Assembly: GCA_037441705.1 (NCBI GenBank)
Contig: JBBIRR010000062.1
Location: 1 to 17,141, forward strand
Source of the DNA: Ignavibacteriales bacterium
Lineage (GTDB): Bacteria > Bacteroidota > Ignavibacteria > UBA10030 > UBA6906
Direction: 5' to 3'
DNA: 17,141 bases
Under the pieces are notes generated by a model. The model saw only the letters and a program-made list of their open reading frames with translations. It was not told the origin of the DNA and did no database searches. The first letter of the stretch is position 1; every line of letters begins with the position of its first letter. Position numbers and translations under genes: made by a program. Shown here one piece after another: positions 1-9,067 of the stretch.

Positions 1-81
1 TTGTTTGCATCTCCACAGGGGTCTTCAACTTCATCATCATAGCGAAAGGAATGAGCTATCAGACCGATCACCATTCGTCCT

Positions 82-1179
82 GTGCGGTCGAAGCGTGAGG
101 AGATGGTCTTCATCAAATTTCAGTGGCGCATCTATGAAGGCAACCCGTACTGGGTTCCTCCGCTGCTGCTGGACCGAAAGAAGCTGATCGATCGCAAGAA
201 CAATCCTTTCTACCGCCATGCCGAGATGGAGATGTTCCTTGCGGAACGAGACGGTACACCGCTCGGCCGCATCGCGGCAATCATTAACCACAACCACAAC
301 AAAGAACATCACGAGAACATCGGCTTCTTCGGATTCTTTGAGTGCGTGAACGATCAGGAGATCGCAAACGCGCTGTTCGATGCGGCGCAGCAGTGGCTGA
401 AGACGAAAGGCGTAACGGCAATGCGCGGTCCGGCCAGCCCGTCGGTCAACGATGAGTACGGCCTGCTGGTGGATGGCTTCGAGCTTTCGCCCGCGATTCT
501 GATGCCGTACAATCCCCCCTACTATCAGGAGCTGATCGAGCGGTACGGGTTCGTCAAGGCGAAAGACCTCTACGCCTACCACGTACATAAGGACAGGGTG
601 TTCACCGACAAGCTGCAGCGGGTCTCCGAGCTTGTGAAGCAGCGCGAAGGCGTGGTCTTTCGTTCGCTGAACATGAAGCGGTTCTGGGACGAAGTCCGGA
701 CGATTCGTGACCTCTACAACCGCGGCTGGTCAAGAAATTGGGGCGAAGTGCCGATGACCGAAGAGGAGTTTGCCTACGTGGCAAAGGACCTGAAGGCCAT
801 CGTTGATCCCGAGCTTGTCATCATTGCCGAGGTGCGAGGCAAGCCCGTCGGGTTCGGCATGTCCCTGCCCGACTATAACATGATCCTGAAACACAACAAG
901 CGAGGCTGGCTGTTGCCGGCGCTTGTGCGAATGCTGCTCTTCAAGAAGAGAATCAACTTCATCAGGATTGTTATTCTGGGTGTGCTTCCGGAGTATCTCA
1001 ATTCAGGAATTGGCGGCGTGTTGTTTTATGAGACCGCCGTGCGCGCTGTACGGAACGGCTACGATCACGGAGAGGCAAGCTGGGTATTGGAAGATAATGT
1101 GATGATGAACCGCGGGGCAGAACTGCTCCGCGGCGAACGATGGAAAACGTACCGCATCTACCAGTATCAATGGGCGTAG
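82..1179 (+). CDS. GNAT-fold acyltransferase of the YghO / bacterial ceramide synthase (bCerS)-like family
   Basis: 365-aa ORF with family-typical FIKFQW.IY..NPYWVPPL, NPFY.H, FLAERDG..LGRIAA, GFFGFFE, RGP.SPSVNDEYGLLVDGF, MPYNPPYY, ILGVLPEY...GIG and EASWVLEDN..M. The true start is uncertain: the ATG preceded by an SD-like AAAGGA is at 51 and out of frame (see findings). Confidence 0.8.
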   Translation: MRSKREEMVFIKFQWRIYEGNPYWVPPLLLDRKKLIDRKNNPFYRHAEMEMFLAERDGTPLGRIAAIINHNHNKEHHENIGFFGFFECVNDQEIANALFDAAQQWLKTKGVTAMRGPASPSVNDEYGLLVDGFELSPAILMPYNPPYYQELIERYGFVKAKDLYAYHVHKDRVFTDKLQRVSELVKQREGVVFRSLNMKRFWDEVRTIRDLYNRGWSRNWGEVPMTEEEFAYVAKDLKAIVDPELVIIAEVRGKPVGFGMSLPDYNMILKHNKRGWLLPALVRMLLFKKRINFIRIVILGVLPEYLNSGIGGVLFYETAVRAVRNGYDHGEASWVLEDNVMMNRGAELLRGERWKTYRIYQYQWA

Positions 1180-1290
1180 CCGTACCGGACCCGAGCCTGT
1201 TGTCTTCAGGCCGGGGCCATCGAGGAACAGCGGCGCGTTGCTTTACCCCGACAACCAAATCGATCACTGACCAACGAACGAGGACACGCC

Positions 1291-2217
1291 ATGCCTGTCA
1301 AAGAAGTTGAAAAAATCTGGATGAACGGAAAACTCGTGAACTGGCACGACGCCAGGATTCACATTCTCTCACACGTCATTCACTACGGCTCCAGCTGGTT
1401 CGAGGGAATCCGCTGCTACAAGACGGCCCGGGGCGCGGCCATCTTTCGGCTTGATCGCCACCTGCGACGGCTGCTCGACTCGGCCAAGATCTACAAAACA
1501 GAGGTTCCCTACACCGAAGCGGAAATCGAAGAAGCAATTCTGCAAACCATCCGCGTCAACAAGATGCAGGCGTGCTACATTCGCCCCATCATCTACCGCG
1601 GCTACGGCGATGTGGGCGTCAATCCGCTTCCGTGTCCCGTTGATGTAGCGATTGCCGTGTGGGAGTGGGGAAGTTACCTCGGCCCCGAAGCGCTCGAGCA
1701 GGGTATTGACGTGTGCGTCTCCACGTGGACGCGGCCTGCGCCCAACACGTTTCCGACCATGGCGAAGGCCGGCGGCAACTATGCCCTCTCACAGATCATG
1801 AAAGTGGAGGCGATTCAGGCGGGATTCAAAGAAGCGATTGCGCTCGACGTGTTCGGGTATGTGAGTGAAGGCAGCGGCGAAAATGTGTTTGCGGTGAAAG
1901 ATAACATCATCTACACGCCGCCCGTTTCGTCCTCGATCCTGCCCGGCGTTACGCGGGCCTCGGTTATTCAACTGGCGCGAGAAGCCGGCTACGAAGTGCG
2001 CGAAGCACTCATCCCGCGCGAGATGCTCTACATTGCGGACGAACTGTTCTTCACCGGCACCGCCGCCGAGATCACGCCCATCCGTTCGGTCGACAAACTC
2101 CCGGTCGCCAACGGAAAGCCCGGACGCATCACACGGGAACTCCAGAAGATGTTCTTTGATATTGTTCAGAAAGGCATTGACACACACGACTGGCTGAAGT
2201 TTGTGTATAATGACTGA
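1291..2217 (+). CDS. ilvE: Branched-chain amino acid aminotransferase (PLP fold type IV)
   Basis: [33 protein letters not shown], catalytic Lys in [33 protein letters not shown]; GAGGA SD upstream of the ATG. Confidence 0.95.
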   Translation: MPVKEVEKIWMNGKLVNWHDARIHILSHVIHYGSSWFEGIRCYKTARGAAIFRLDRHLRRLLDSAKIYKTEVPYTEAEIEEAILQTIRVNKMQACYIRPIIYRGYGDVGVNPLPCPVDVAIAVWEWGSYLGPEALEQGIDVCVSTWTRPAPNTFPTMAKAGGNYALSQIMKVEAIQAGFKEAIALDVFGYVSEGSGENVFAVKDNIIYTPPVSSSILPGVTRASVIQLAREAGYEVREALIPREMLYIADELFFTGTAAEITPIRSVDKLPVANGKPGRITRELQKMFFDIVQKGIDTHDWLKFVYND

Positions 2218-2297
2218 CGTATAACCCGACTCCCTCTCCCCCCTCGTGAAGGAAGGAGGCAGTTTCAACGTTCATCGCGTTCTTCGCGGAGGCAGCC

Positions 2298-2840
2298 ATG
2301 AAAAGGACTTCATCAAGAAAAACGGAAAAGAAAAGAACGACGCCGGCGCGAAAACGAAAGATCGTCACGCGCGCCACACGACAACCCTTCACCCCGGCGT
2401 CGCTGCCGATTCGGCACATCCTTGTGCCCATTGACTTCTCCGGATATTCAAAGAATGCTCTGCGCTACGCCGTGCCGATGGCGGAGCAATTCAACGCAAC
2501 GCTTCACCTCGTCTATGTCATCGAGCCGACGATCTATCCTGCCGATCTCGGTTTCGGCCAGGTGGTAATGCCCGGCGTTGAGGAAGAACTGCGCAGCAAG
2601 AGTAAAGCACAGCTGGAGAATTTGATCGTCGAGGAGATCGGGTCACGGGTGAAAGCCGAAGCGGTGGTCCGAACCGGAAAGCCTCACCAGGAAATCCTGC
2701 GCGAGGCGGAAGAGAAGGACGTCGACCTGATCATCGTCGCCACACACGGGCATACGGGCGTGGAACAGATTCTCTTCGGCAGCACGGCCATGCGCATCGT
2801 ACGACTGGCAAAGTGCCCGGTGCTTACTGTACGACCTTGA
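2298..2840 (+). CDS. Universal stress protein (UspA family) with Lys/Arg-rich N-terminal extension
   Basis: ILVPIDFS..S..AL..A, G.PHQEIL..AEE..VDLIIVATHGHTG....LFGSTA.RIVR.AKCPVLTVR; GGAGG SD upstream of the ATG at 2298. Confidence 0.92.
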   Translation: MKRTSSRKTEKKRTTPARKRKIVTRATRQPFTPASLPIRHILVPIDFSGYSKNALRYAVPMAEQFNATLHLVYVIEPTIYPADLGFGQVVMPGVEEELRSKSKAQLENLIVEEIGSRVKAEAVVRTGKPHQEILREAEEKDVDLIIVATHGHTGVEQILFGSTAMRIVRLAKCPVLTVRP

Positions 2841-2860
2841 GACTCGCAGCAGCATTGGCG

Positions 2861-3046
2861 ATGGAAATTGAAGCGACATTCGTGTGCATGTATTGCCTGC
2901 AGGTCAACACCATCATGGTTGATAGCACGGCAGGTCTGGAGCAGGAGTACGTCGAAGACTGTCAGGTCTGCTGCAAACCGAACAAAATCGTCGTCGTCAT
3001 TGACGAAGAGTTGCAGAGCGCAGAAGTGTACACCGAAATGTCGTAG
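2861..3046 (+). CDS. CPXCG-motif family cysteine-rich small protein (61 aa)
   Basis: MEIEATFVCMYCLQVNTIMVDSTAGLEQEYVEDCQVCCKPNKI... has CxxC plus the characteristic QxYVEDCQVCCxP. The ATG at 2861 is preferred over the ORF-track GTG at 2813, which overlaps the usp gene. Confidence 0.85.
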   Translation: MEIEATFVCMYCLQVNTIMVDSTAGLEQEYVEDCQVCCKPNKIVVVIDEELQSAEVYTEMS

Positions 3047-3073
3047 GCGTTTTCCGTAATCAATCTCGACCAA

Positions 3074-3118
3074 GAAAAATCCCGCCTCCTCCCAACATGC
3101 AGAGCAGGCGGGATTTCC
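3074..3118. terminator. Probable intrinsic terminator between convergent transcription units
   Basis: Perfect 11-bp inverted repeat AAATCCCGCCT (3077-3087) / AGGCGGGATTT (3106-3116). The A-run on the left gives a U-tail on the - strand. It lies between the stop at 3046 (+) and the stop at 3127 (-). Confidence 0.75.
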
Positions 3119-3126
3119 TCCGTGCA

Positions 3127-5880
3127 TCACTTCGTCAGCAACAACTTGATGATTCGGGTAAGCTTCACACTCCCCGTTGCGTCGATCGCTGTAAAGCGAG
3201 CGAGATAGACACCGCTGGCGACGTGCGACGCATTCCACTCCACCTGGTGGTAGCCCGCGTTCATCCTGCCATTGACCAACTCGGCGACAGTTCTTCCCAA
3301 TACATCGTACACGACGAACGATACCGTGCTGTTTTCCGGCAGATCGAACCGTATTGTCGTCACCGGATTGAATGGGTTCGGATAATTCTGATGAACGGCA
3401 AACTCTGTCGGTACCCCATCAGATTGACTCACACCGGTTGTCACCAGACGATAGTCGAACGTATCCGGGCTTGCCACGACAAACTCGCTATCGCTCGCAC
3501 TCACCGTCCATGAATACCATCCCGCTGCCATGGCACTCGTGTTCAGGACTGCACTTGTATCCGAACGCACGGTGATGGTCGAGTCGAATCCTGACCGCCA
3601 CATTCTCAGGCGATACGTGAGCGTATCATCGTTCGCATCGAAAGCGCGGCGCCAGACGAACGTGATGGGGCCGGAGACCGTGCTTGAATCCGCCGGGAGG
3701 CTCAAGCGGAACGGGAGTGGACGATAGTTGAACAGTGGCCGTCTGATCCGGAAGTCGTATTCGCTTGTGACGTACAACTCGCGCCCCTCCTCGGACACCG
3801 TCAGATGATTGGTAAACCGATTGAGAGAAACTCCCTTGTTCACCGGCATATTGGGGTTGCTGACATCGAACACCTGAATGTTCGAGTTGGATGTGCCCTG
3901 AACGTTCAAGACATAGAGGAGATTATTGGCGATAGCAACAACGCGCGCCTCCCCGCTGAGACTGATGTTCGTCAGCGGCTGGGCGACGTTGTTGGAGATG
4001 TCGAAAATCCATACGCCGCCTGCGCCATCCGCCACGTACGCGTAGTTGCCCTGCAAAGCGACATCCCACGAAACACCCGGTGTATCGAACGCCGACCACA
4101 GGAACATGCCTGACGGGTTTGTTACATTGAAGATCAAGAACCCGCCGACACTTGTGCCGCCGCCTGCAGCGAGATACGCAAATAAGGATGTACCGATACG
4201 CCGTACCTGTATGCCCAGCAACGGGTTCGCGTTCGGTACTCCACCACTGCCAAGCAACGTCACGGTAAAATCCGGATTCACACGATACACACTGAGCGAT
4301 TGCTTGTCGAGCACATACAGGCGATCTTCAAAAAATCTTACGACCGACGGGGCGGTGGAGACGAGCGAGCTCGGAGTAAGCACGATGTCCTGCGTCTGGA
4401 GAGGAGCAGCAAGGTTGGCGATAGCGAACACATGCATCCGCTGGTCAAAGTTTGGGATCTGACCCGGCAGCCACACTCGCACAACCGCGATGCTGTCTTT
4501 CGAAGCAACGGCTATCGGTGTTCCGCTGAAATCGGTCGTGGAAATCATCGTGGGGTTGTGCGGATCGGTCACATCGACGATGCGCAGCAAACCGCCGTAC
4601 GTCCAGCTGCCGGAGTAACTTCGCCGCGAATTATTCTGCACCACGAGTGCATACTTCCGATTGCCACGTTGCAGAATACAGTGCGCAACGCCGTAGCCTT
4701 CGCTGGGCGACTGTGCGATGCCGACGACTTGAGCATTCATCGGGTTGAGAACGTCAATAATCCTTACACTCCATCCCTTATCGACGTTCGTGCGGCCTTC
4801 GTTGGCAAGGTAAAGATAGCGACCCTGCACAGTGCTAATGCCGAAATCCACGCCGAAAGTATCGGGCGATTGATAACTCCGCAGCACGCGAGGGTTCAGC
4901 GAGTCTGCCACCGAACTGACCCACCACCCGCGCTGCCAGTGCGTATGATAGTAGAACGTGTCCTGCATCGCCGCGGAATACATCGACTGCGATCCCGAGG
5001 GAAGGATAGAATAGACGAACGCGGGTTGTGCCGGAGTGCTTATATTGAACGCAACAAGCCGCAGCGTGTGTGCAACATACAACCTGTTTCCCTCCACCAT
5101 CGGTGGGCTATACACCGTACCCCCGCCGGGCAGATCCTGCGTTGCGGTAATTTGCATGGCGGACGGGTTGGCAACATTCACAACATAGAGTGTTCGTGAA
5201 CTCGTGTTCGCCGCACAATAGAGAATGGGCAACGCAGGATGTTTCTGTATATGAATGCCCAGACTCGCCGAATCGAGGAAGAGGCTCGAGAGATACGATG
5301 GACTCGTCGGGTTGGAGACATCATACGCCTCGATCGTGGAGGTTGTCGCTAGAAAGGCGACGTTGTTCCGCAGCACGATATCGCCGACAACTCTGCCGAT
5401 GGGCGTGAAGTTCACCACGGTGGGTGCTGTCGGCGAGGTGAAGTTGACCACACTCAAGCCGAAGCGTTCGGCGACATACACGTACGGGCTATCGACCGCC
5501 AGTCGCAAGGCTACGCCCGGCGTACGCACGCGACCAAGAAGTTGCGGCAGCGCGGGATTCGAGATATCAACGATGTTCACGCCGTACATGTCCACCTTGT
5601 ACATTCTATTGTTCCTCACTTCGGCCGTACGGATCGAGGTATAAATAGGAGTCTGGCCTGTTGTCAACGGCTCCGAGTATGTCGGCAGCATCTGTTCGCC
5701 CCAGTATGTTGGCTGCGAGAACACAGTATCGGGCAACAGGCATAGCCCGACGATAAACACACCGCTCATGCAGAGCTTTGCCTCAACGCGAATCGTCCTC
5801 AACCTCATGAACAACGTTTGCATAATCAATCCCTTTCGAAATGTTGAGAAAAGATGATCCATCGCAGAGCGCCCCTTCAT
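3127..5880 (-). CDS. Secreted LVIVD-repeat beta-propeller protein with Fn3/Ig-like domain and T9SS type A C-terminal sorting domain
   Basis: About a dozen (D/N)(V/I)SNPxxP-type repeats, YAYVADG.GGV.IFDIS, and a C-terminal FAVHQNYPNPFNPVTTIRFDLP...VYDVLGRTV..LV.G...AGYH.V.WNAS..ASGVY...KLLLTK. The ATG at 5880 overlaps the upstream stop (ATGA). Alternative starts are 5823 (SD-like AAAGGG) or 5769, which are closer to the hydrophobic signal segment. Confidence 0.85.
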   Translation of the reverse strand: MKGRSAMDHLFSTFRKGLIMQTLFMRLRTIRVEAKLCMSGVFIVGLCLLPDTVFSQPTYWGEQMLPTYSEPLTTGQTPIYTSIRTAEVRNNRMYKVDMYGVNIVDISNPALPQLLGRVRTPGVALRLAVDSPYVYVAERFGLSVVNFTSPTAPTVVNFTPIGRVVGDIVLRNNVAFLATTSTIEAYDVSNPTSPSYLSSLFLDSASLGIHIQKHPALPILYCAANTSSRTLYVVNVANPSAMQITATQDLPGGGTVYSPPMVEGNRLYVAHTLRLVAFNISTPAQPAFVYSILPSGSQSMYSAAMQDTFYYHTHWQRGWWVSSVADSLNPRVLRSYQSPDTFGVDFGISTVQGRYLYLANEGRTNVDKGWSVRIIDVLNPMNAQVVGIAQSPSEGYGVAHCILQRGNRKYALVVQNNSRRSYSGSWTYGGLLRIVDVTDPHNPTMISTTDFSGTPIAVASKDSIAVVRVWLPGQIPNFDQRMHVFAIANLAAPLQTQDIVLTPSSLVSTAPSVVRFFEDRLYVLDKQSLSVYRVNPDFTVTLLGSGGVPNANPLLGIQVRRIGTSLFAYLAAGGGTSVGGFLIFNVTNPSGMFLWSAFDTPGVSWDVALQGNYAYVADGAGGVWIFDISNNVAQPLTNISLSGEARVVAIANNLLYVLNVQGTSNSNIQVFDVSNPNMPVNKGVSLNRFTNHLTVSEEGRELYVTSEYDFRIRRPLFNYRPLPFRLSLPADSSTVSGPITFVWRRAFDANDDTLTYRLRMWRSGFDSTITVRSDTSAVLNTSAMAAGWYSWTVSASDSEFVVASPDTFDYRLVTTGVSQSDGVPTEFAVHQNYPNPFNPVTTIRFDLPENSTVSFVVYDVLGRTVAELVNGRMNAGYHQVEWNASHVASGVYLARFTAIDATGSVKLTRIIKLLLTK

Positions 5881-7913
5881 CGAATGAGGAGTAATTTTTG
5901 TAGGCGGTCTCCTGGACGAGAGCTTTCAAGCCCCGGACCTTCCATGACCACGAAATAAACACCAGACACCACCTGCCTGCCAGAAGCGTCGGCTCCATCC
6001 CAGCGTAAAGAAATGCGGCCAGCTGGTGCACGGTGATGGAAAAGCTCCCGCACTTCTCTTCCCAGCACATCATAGATCCTCACCCGGACGTTGCTGCTCA
6101 GAGGAAGTTCGAATGTTATCTGGGCGGCGGTGGTGCTTCGCATCGGGGAGAAGGGATTCGGGAAAATGTCGAGTAAGCGAAACCGCTGCGGTGTTTCTTG
6201 CGGCGATGGAACGTCGTTCGATCCCGGACGATACTGAAATCGTCGTTCATCCCAACTCCTTCGCACACCTGTACCGTCGGACGCGAGAACACTCCAGCGC
6301 ACCTCTGCCGGCAACGAGATAAACGAACGAACGTTCACCGTGCGCACAGTATCCTGAACAAGCCCGATCAGCGTATCAACGCCTGTGCTTTGTATTCTGA
6401 GCGTATAGACAATCGGACGATTGCTATCCGGGTCGGAGGATGCATTCCAGACAAACCGCACCGAGTCCCCCACAACCGTCGAATCAGGCAGGGGCAGCAG
6501 CAACCGGAACGGACGCGGCGGCACATTGCCTGTCTGCACAACTTCAAGCGTCTGATTGGCAGGAATGGCTGCTACACGCTGCACTAATCCGCTGGGCCAA
6601 CGAATGACGAGACTGTCAACAACACTCAGCGTGTCAAGTCCGAAGTGCACAATCTGCTCATCGTGTCCTGTGCTTCCCGCTCCTGCATCAATCTCTCGAA
6701 CAGAATGTCTTCCGCGAGCGAACAGATCGAGACGCGCACCGACACCCATTCTATTATCGAACACGCCGTGTAACGCCACGCGCAGCCAGTGTCGGGAGTT
6801 TCCGCCGTTGTTGCGCAGGATATTGATGCGCCGCGCGTCGTGCCCAACGATGACCACGTCAAGATCGCCATCGCGATCGAAATCCGCCCAGCTGACGCCG
6901 AAGCCGTCCTGCGGCGAAGCAATCCCTGCACTCGGGGCGATGTTCGTAAACGTCCCGTTACCGTTGTTCCGAAAAAGCCTGTTGGGGTTGACGTGATTGG
7001 TTGCAAAGATGTCGAGCAACCCGTCGTTGTTCACATCGAGAAAGGTTGCCGTGCGAGCATCGCCCACATCGCCGACACCTGCTGAAAGCGTCACGTCGGT
7101 AAACGTGTAATCCCCGTTGTTTCTGAAAAGCGCATTACGATTGCTGGAGATATTGGCGGAGTAGATGTCGAGATCGCCATCGTTATCGTAATCGCCCCAG
7201 GCGGCGGACACCGAAGTCCTCGGATCGCCGAACCCGTTCAAGGTGGGCTGATTCTCGAAATCTCTCGCAGCGATGTTTCTCAACAACTGATTGATGCCGG
7301 CGCGACCAGTGTACACGTCCGTGAAGCCATCGTTGTCAAAGTCGCCCGCAGCACACGTGAATGCGTAGTCCGACGGAGGAAGAGTCATCTGCGCGGTGAC
7401 GTCGACGAACGAGTCGTTGCCAAGGTTTCTGAACACAACCGGCGTCCCGTAGCCGCGTACGCCGAAGATATCCAGCCGTCCATCACCATCATAATCGATC
7501 CAGATCGTGCGCGCAAACGAACCCGGAGCGGTAAACGTCCCCTGGAACGATTGACCCTGGAAATTCTTGAACACGCGTGCGCCGAGCAGGAGGTCTGCGA
7601 AGCCGTCGTTATTATAATCCCCGACGGAAATCGAACTGGTCAACACTCCGGCAAGGCCGCTGCTTGCAGTAACATTCGCAAACGTCGCGGCGTTGTTGTT
7701 CCTGAACAAGAACACACTCACATCGTCTTCGCCGATGATGTCCGGAAAACCATCGTTGTTGTAATCGAACCATGCGCCCTGGTAGCCCAGCCCGTTGATC
7801 AACGGAAGCTGCACACTATCGGACACGTCGCTGAAGGTTTGCGCTGCAGCTCGCAGCGGCGCGAGAAGCATCAGCCAGACAAGGATAGTCGAACGATGAG
7901 AGCAACGAATCAT
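5877..7913 (-). CDS. Secreted FG-GAP/VCBS-repeat ASPIC/UnbV (CRTAC1-like) protein with FlgD-Ig/T9SS-type C-terminal domain
   Basis: Signal peptide (..LLAPLRAAA|QTF); seven DxDxDGxxD Ca-binding blades (DYNNDGFPD, DYNNDGFAD, DYDGDGRLD, DFDNDGFTD, DYDNDGDLD, DVNNDGLLD, DFDRDGDLD); ASPIC motif VHFGL...IRWPSG..Q; tail FPNPFS...IYDVLGREVR...WDGADASGRQVVSGVY. ATGA overlap with the upstream gene. Confidence 0.9.
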   Translation of the reverse strand: MIRCSHRSTILVWLMLLAPLRAAAQTFSDVSDSVQLPLINGLGYQGAWFDYNNDGFPDIIGEDDVSVFLFRNNNAATFANVTASSGLAGVLTSSISVGDYNNDGFADLLLGARVFKNFQGQSFQGTFTAPGSFARTIWIDYDGDGRLDIFGVRGYGTPVVFRNLGNDSFVDVTAQMTLPPSDYAFTCAAGDFDNDGFTDVYTGRAGINQLLRNIAARDFENQPTLNGFGDPRTSVSAAWGDYDNDGDLDIYSANISSNRNALFRNNGDYTFTDVTLSAGVGDVGDARTATFLDVNNDGLLDIFATNHVNPNRLFRNNGNGTFTNIAPSAGIASPQDGFGVSWADFDRDGDLDVVIVGHDARRINILRNNGGNSRHWLRVALHGVFDNRMGVGARLDLFARGRHSVREIDAGAGSTGHDEQIVHFGLDTLSVVDSLVIRWPSGLVQRVAAIPANQTLEVVQTGNVPPRPFRLLLPLPDSTVVGDSVRFVWNASSDPDSNRPIVYTLRIQSTGVDTLIGLVQDTVRTVNVRSFISLPAEVRWSVLASDGTGVRRSWDERRFQYRPGSNDVPSPQETPQRFRLLDIFPNPFSPMRSTTAAQITFELPLSSNVRVRIYDVLGREVRELFHHRAPAGRISLRWDGADASGRQVVSGVYFVVMEGPGLESSRPGDRLQKLLLIR

Positions 7914-8287
7914 GATCCTGCCGTTCTGCGTGGAACACGTTGCGTTACCGATCGTACGATCTCCCGTAGCTCTGGCAGACGCTCTTTGGGCACAAACCCC
8001 GCAGCGCCGATCGCCGACGTTGCTGCGCGGAACGAGGGTGTATCATAGTCGCTCACGACAATGATGCAGGCATCTGGAAAGTCGCGTTTGATTTCCCGTG
8101 TGGCGGCGATGCCGTCCTTCCCGGGCAGTTGGATATCCATGATCACGATATGGGGCTTCACCCTGCGGTACACCTCAAGTGCCTCCTCACCCGTTGCACA
8201 CTCGGCAACGATATCGTTGCTCGAGCAGAGCAATTGACGCAGGATGGTTCGAATGTTCGGGTTGTCTTCAACGATGAGATAGTCCAT
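7910..8287 (-). CDS. Single-domain response regulator (receiver only, NarL-type REC)
   Basis: LIVEDN, phosphoacceptor VIMDIQLPGKDGI, VVS, and conserved Lys in GAAGFVPKE; 125 aa with no output domain. Confidence 0.9.
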   Translation of the reverse strand: MDYLIVEDNPNIRTILRQLLCSSNDIVAECATGEEALEVYRRVKPHIVIMDIQLPGKDGIAATREIKRDFPDACIIVVSDYDTPSFRAATSAIGAAGFVPKERLPELREIVRSVTQRVPRRTAGS

Positions 8288-8317
8288 CCTTCGGCATCTT
8301 CGAGGGGCATCGCTCCC

Positions 8318-8385
8318 AAGCTACGAAGCTTGCACCCGTGCTGCCATCACCGCTCCTACGGATTTTTCTCCGTACCGGTACGGAG
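8318..8385 (-). promoter_or_regulatory. Putative activator-dependent promoter with palindromic operator
   Basis: On the - strand TGGCAG (8346-8341)-N17-TAGCTT (8323-8318). Upstream are TACGGA-N6-TCCGTA (8357-8374) and an overlapping perfect 18-bp palindrome CTCCGTACCGGTACGGAG (8368-8385). Confidence 0.55.
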
Positions 8386-8389
8386 GAGG

Positions 8390-9043
8390 TCAGAGAAGGG
8401 ATTTGTTGTCGAGGGCGAAACGGAGCAGGGCGTTGGTGCCATGCAAGCCGAGCTTCTGGCAAATGTTTGCACGATGCGTCTCGACCGTTCGTTCGCTGAC
8501 AAACATTTCGTTGGCGATGTCTTTTGTGGTGAGATTCCGCGCGATCATCCTCAGGACCTTCCGTTCGGTCGGCGTCAGCTTCGAGAGTCCGGAGAACTGT
8601 TCTGACACGTCGGCGGCGCACAGCGTCCTTTTCACGAGGTGACCCGCGACGCTGGGACTGATGTAATACTTCCCGTCGAGAACATCCTCGATGCACTTCA
8701 CGATTTCCGTCACCACCGCATCCTTAATCACGTAGCCCTGAACGCCCAGCTCCATTGCTCGATCAAAGATCGTCTCCTTGTCGTACATCGTCAACACGAT
8801 GGTTTTGACCGGCAGATGTTCCTGCTGAATGATTTTTCCCACCTCGAGGCCGTTGAGTTTTGGCATGTCGATGTCGATCACGAGAACCCTCGGCTTGAGT
8901 AAGCGTAACAAGCGGATTGCTTCTTCGCCGTTCCCCGCTTCTCCCACCACCTTCCAGGCGGTGTGCTCTTCGATGATATCACGGATTCCTTTCCGCATCA
9001 GCGGATGATCATCGGCCACGAGTATGGTAACGTGTTCACGCAT
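8390..9043 (-). CDS. NarL/FixJ-family DNA-binding response regulator (REC + LuxR HTH)
   Basis: ILVADDHPLMRKGI, VIDIDMPKLNGLE, VLTMY, GYVIKD; LuxR HTH LTPTERKVLRMIA....KDIANEMFVSERTVETHRANICQKL. Confidence 0.95.
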   Translation of the reverse strand: MREHVTILVADDHPLMRKGIRDIIEEHTAWKVVGEAGNGEEAIRLLRLLKPRVLVIDIDMPKLNGLEVGKIIQQEHLPVKTIVLTMYDKETIFDRAMELGVQGYVIKDAVVTEIVKCIEDVLDGKYYISPSVAGHLVKRTLCAADVSEQFSGLSKLTPTERKVLRMIARNLTTKDIANEMFVSERTVETHRANICQKLGLHGTNALLRFALDNKSLL

Positions 9044-9067
9044 AGTCGCAGGATGATGATGGTGTAC

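Noticed and set aside
1190-1216. Imperfect hairpin CCCGAGCCTG...CAGGCCGGGG after the GNAT stop
   Set aside because: Mismatched stem and no U-tract; insufficient for a terminator or attenuator call.
4300-5199. 299-aa + strand ORF and other short + strand ORFs across 3097-8048
   Set aside because: Antisense to the LVIVD and ASPIC genes, with no protein-like motifs.
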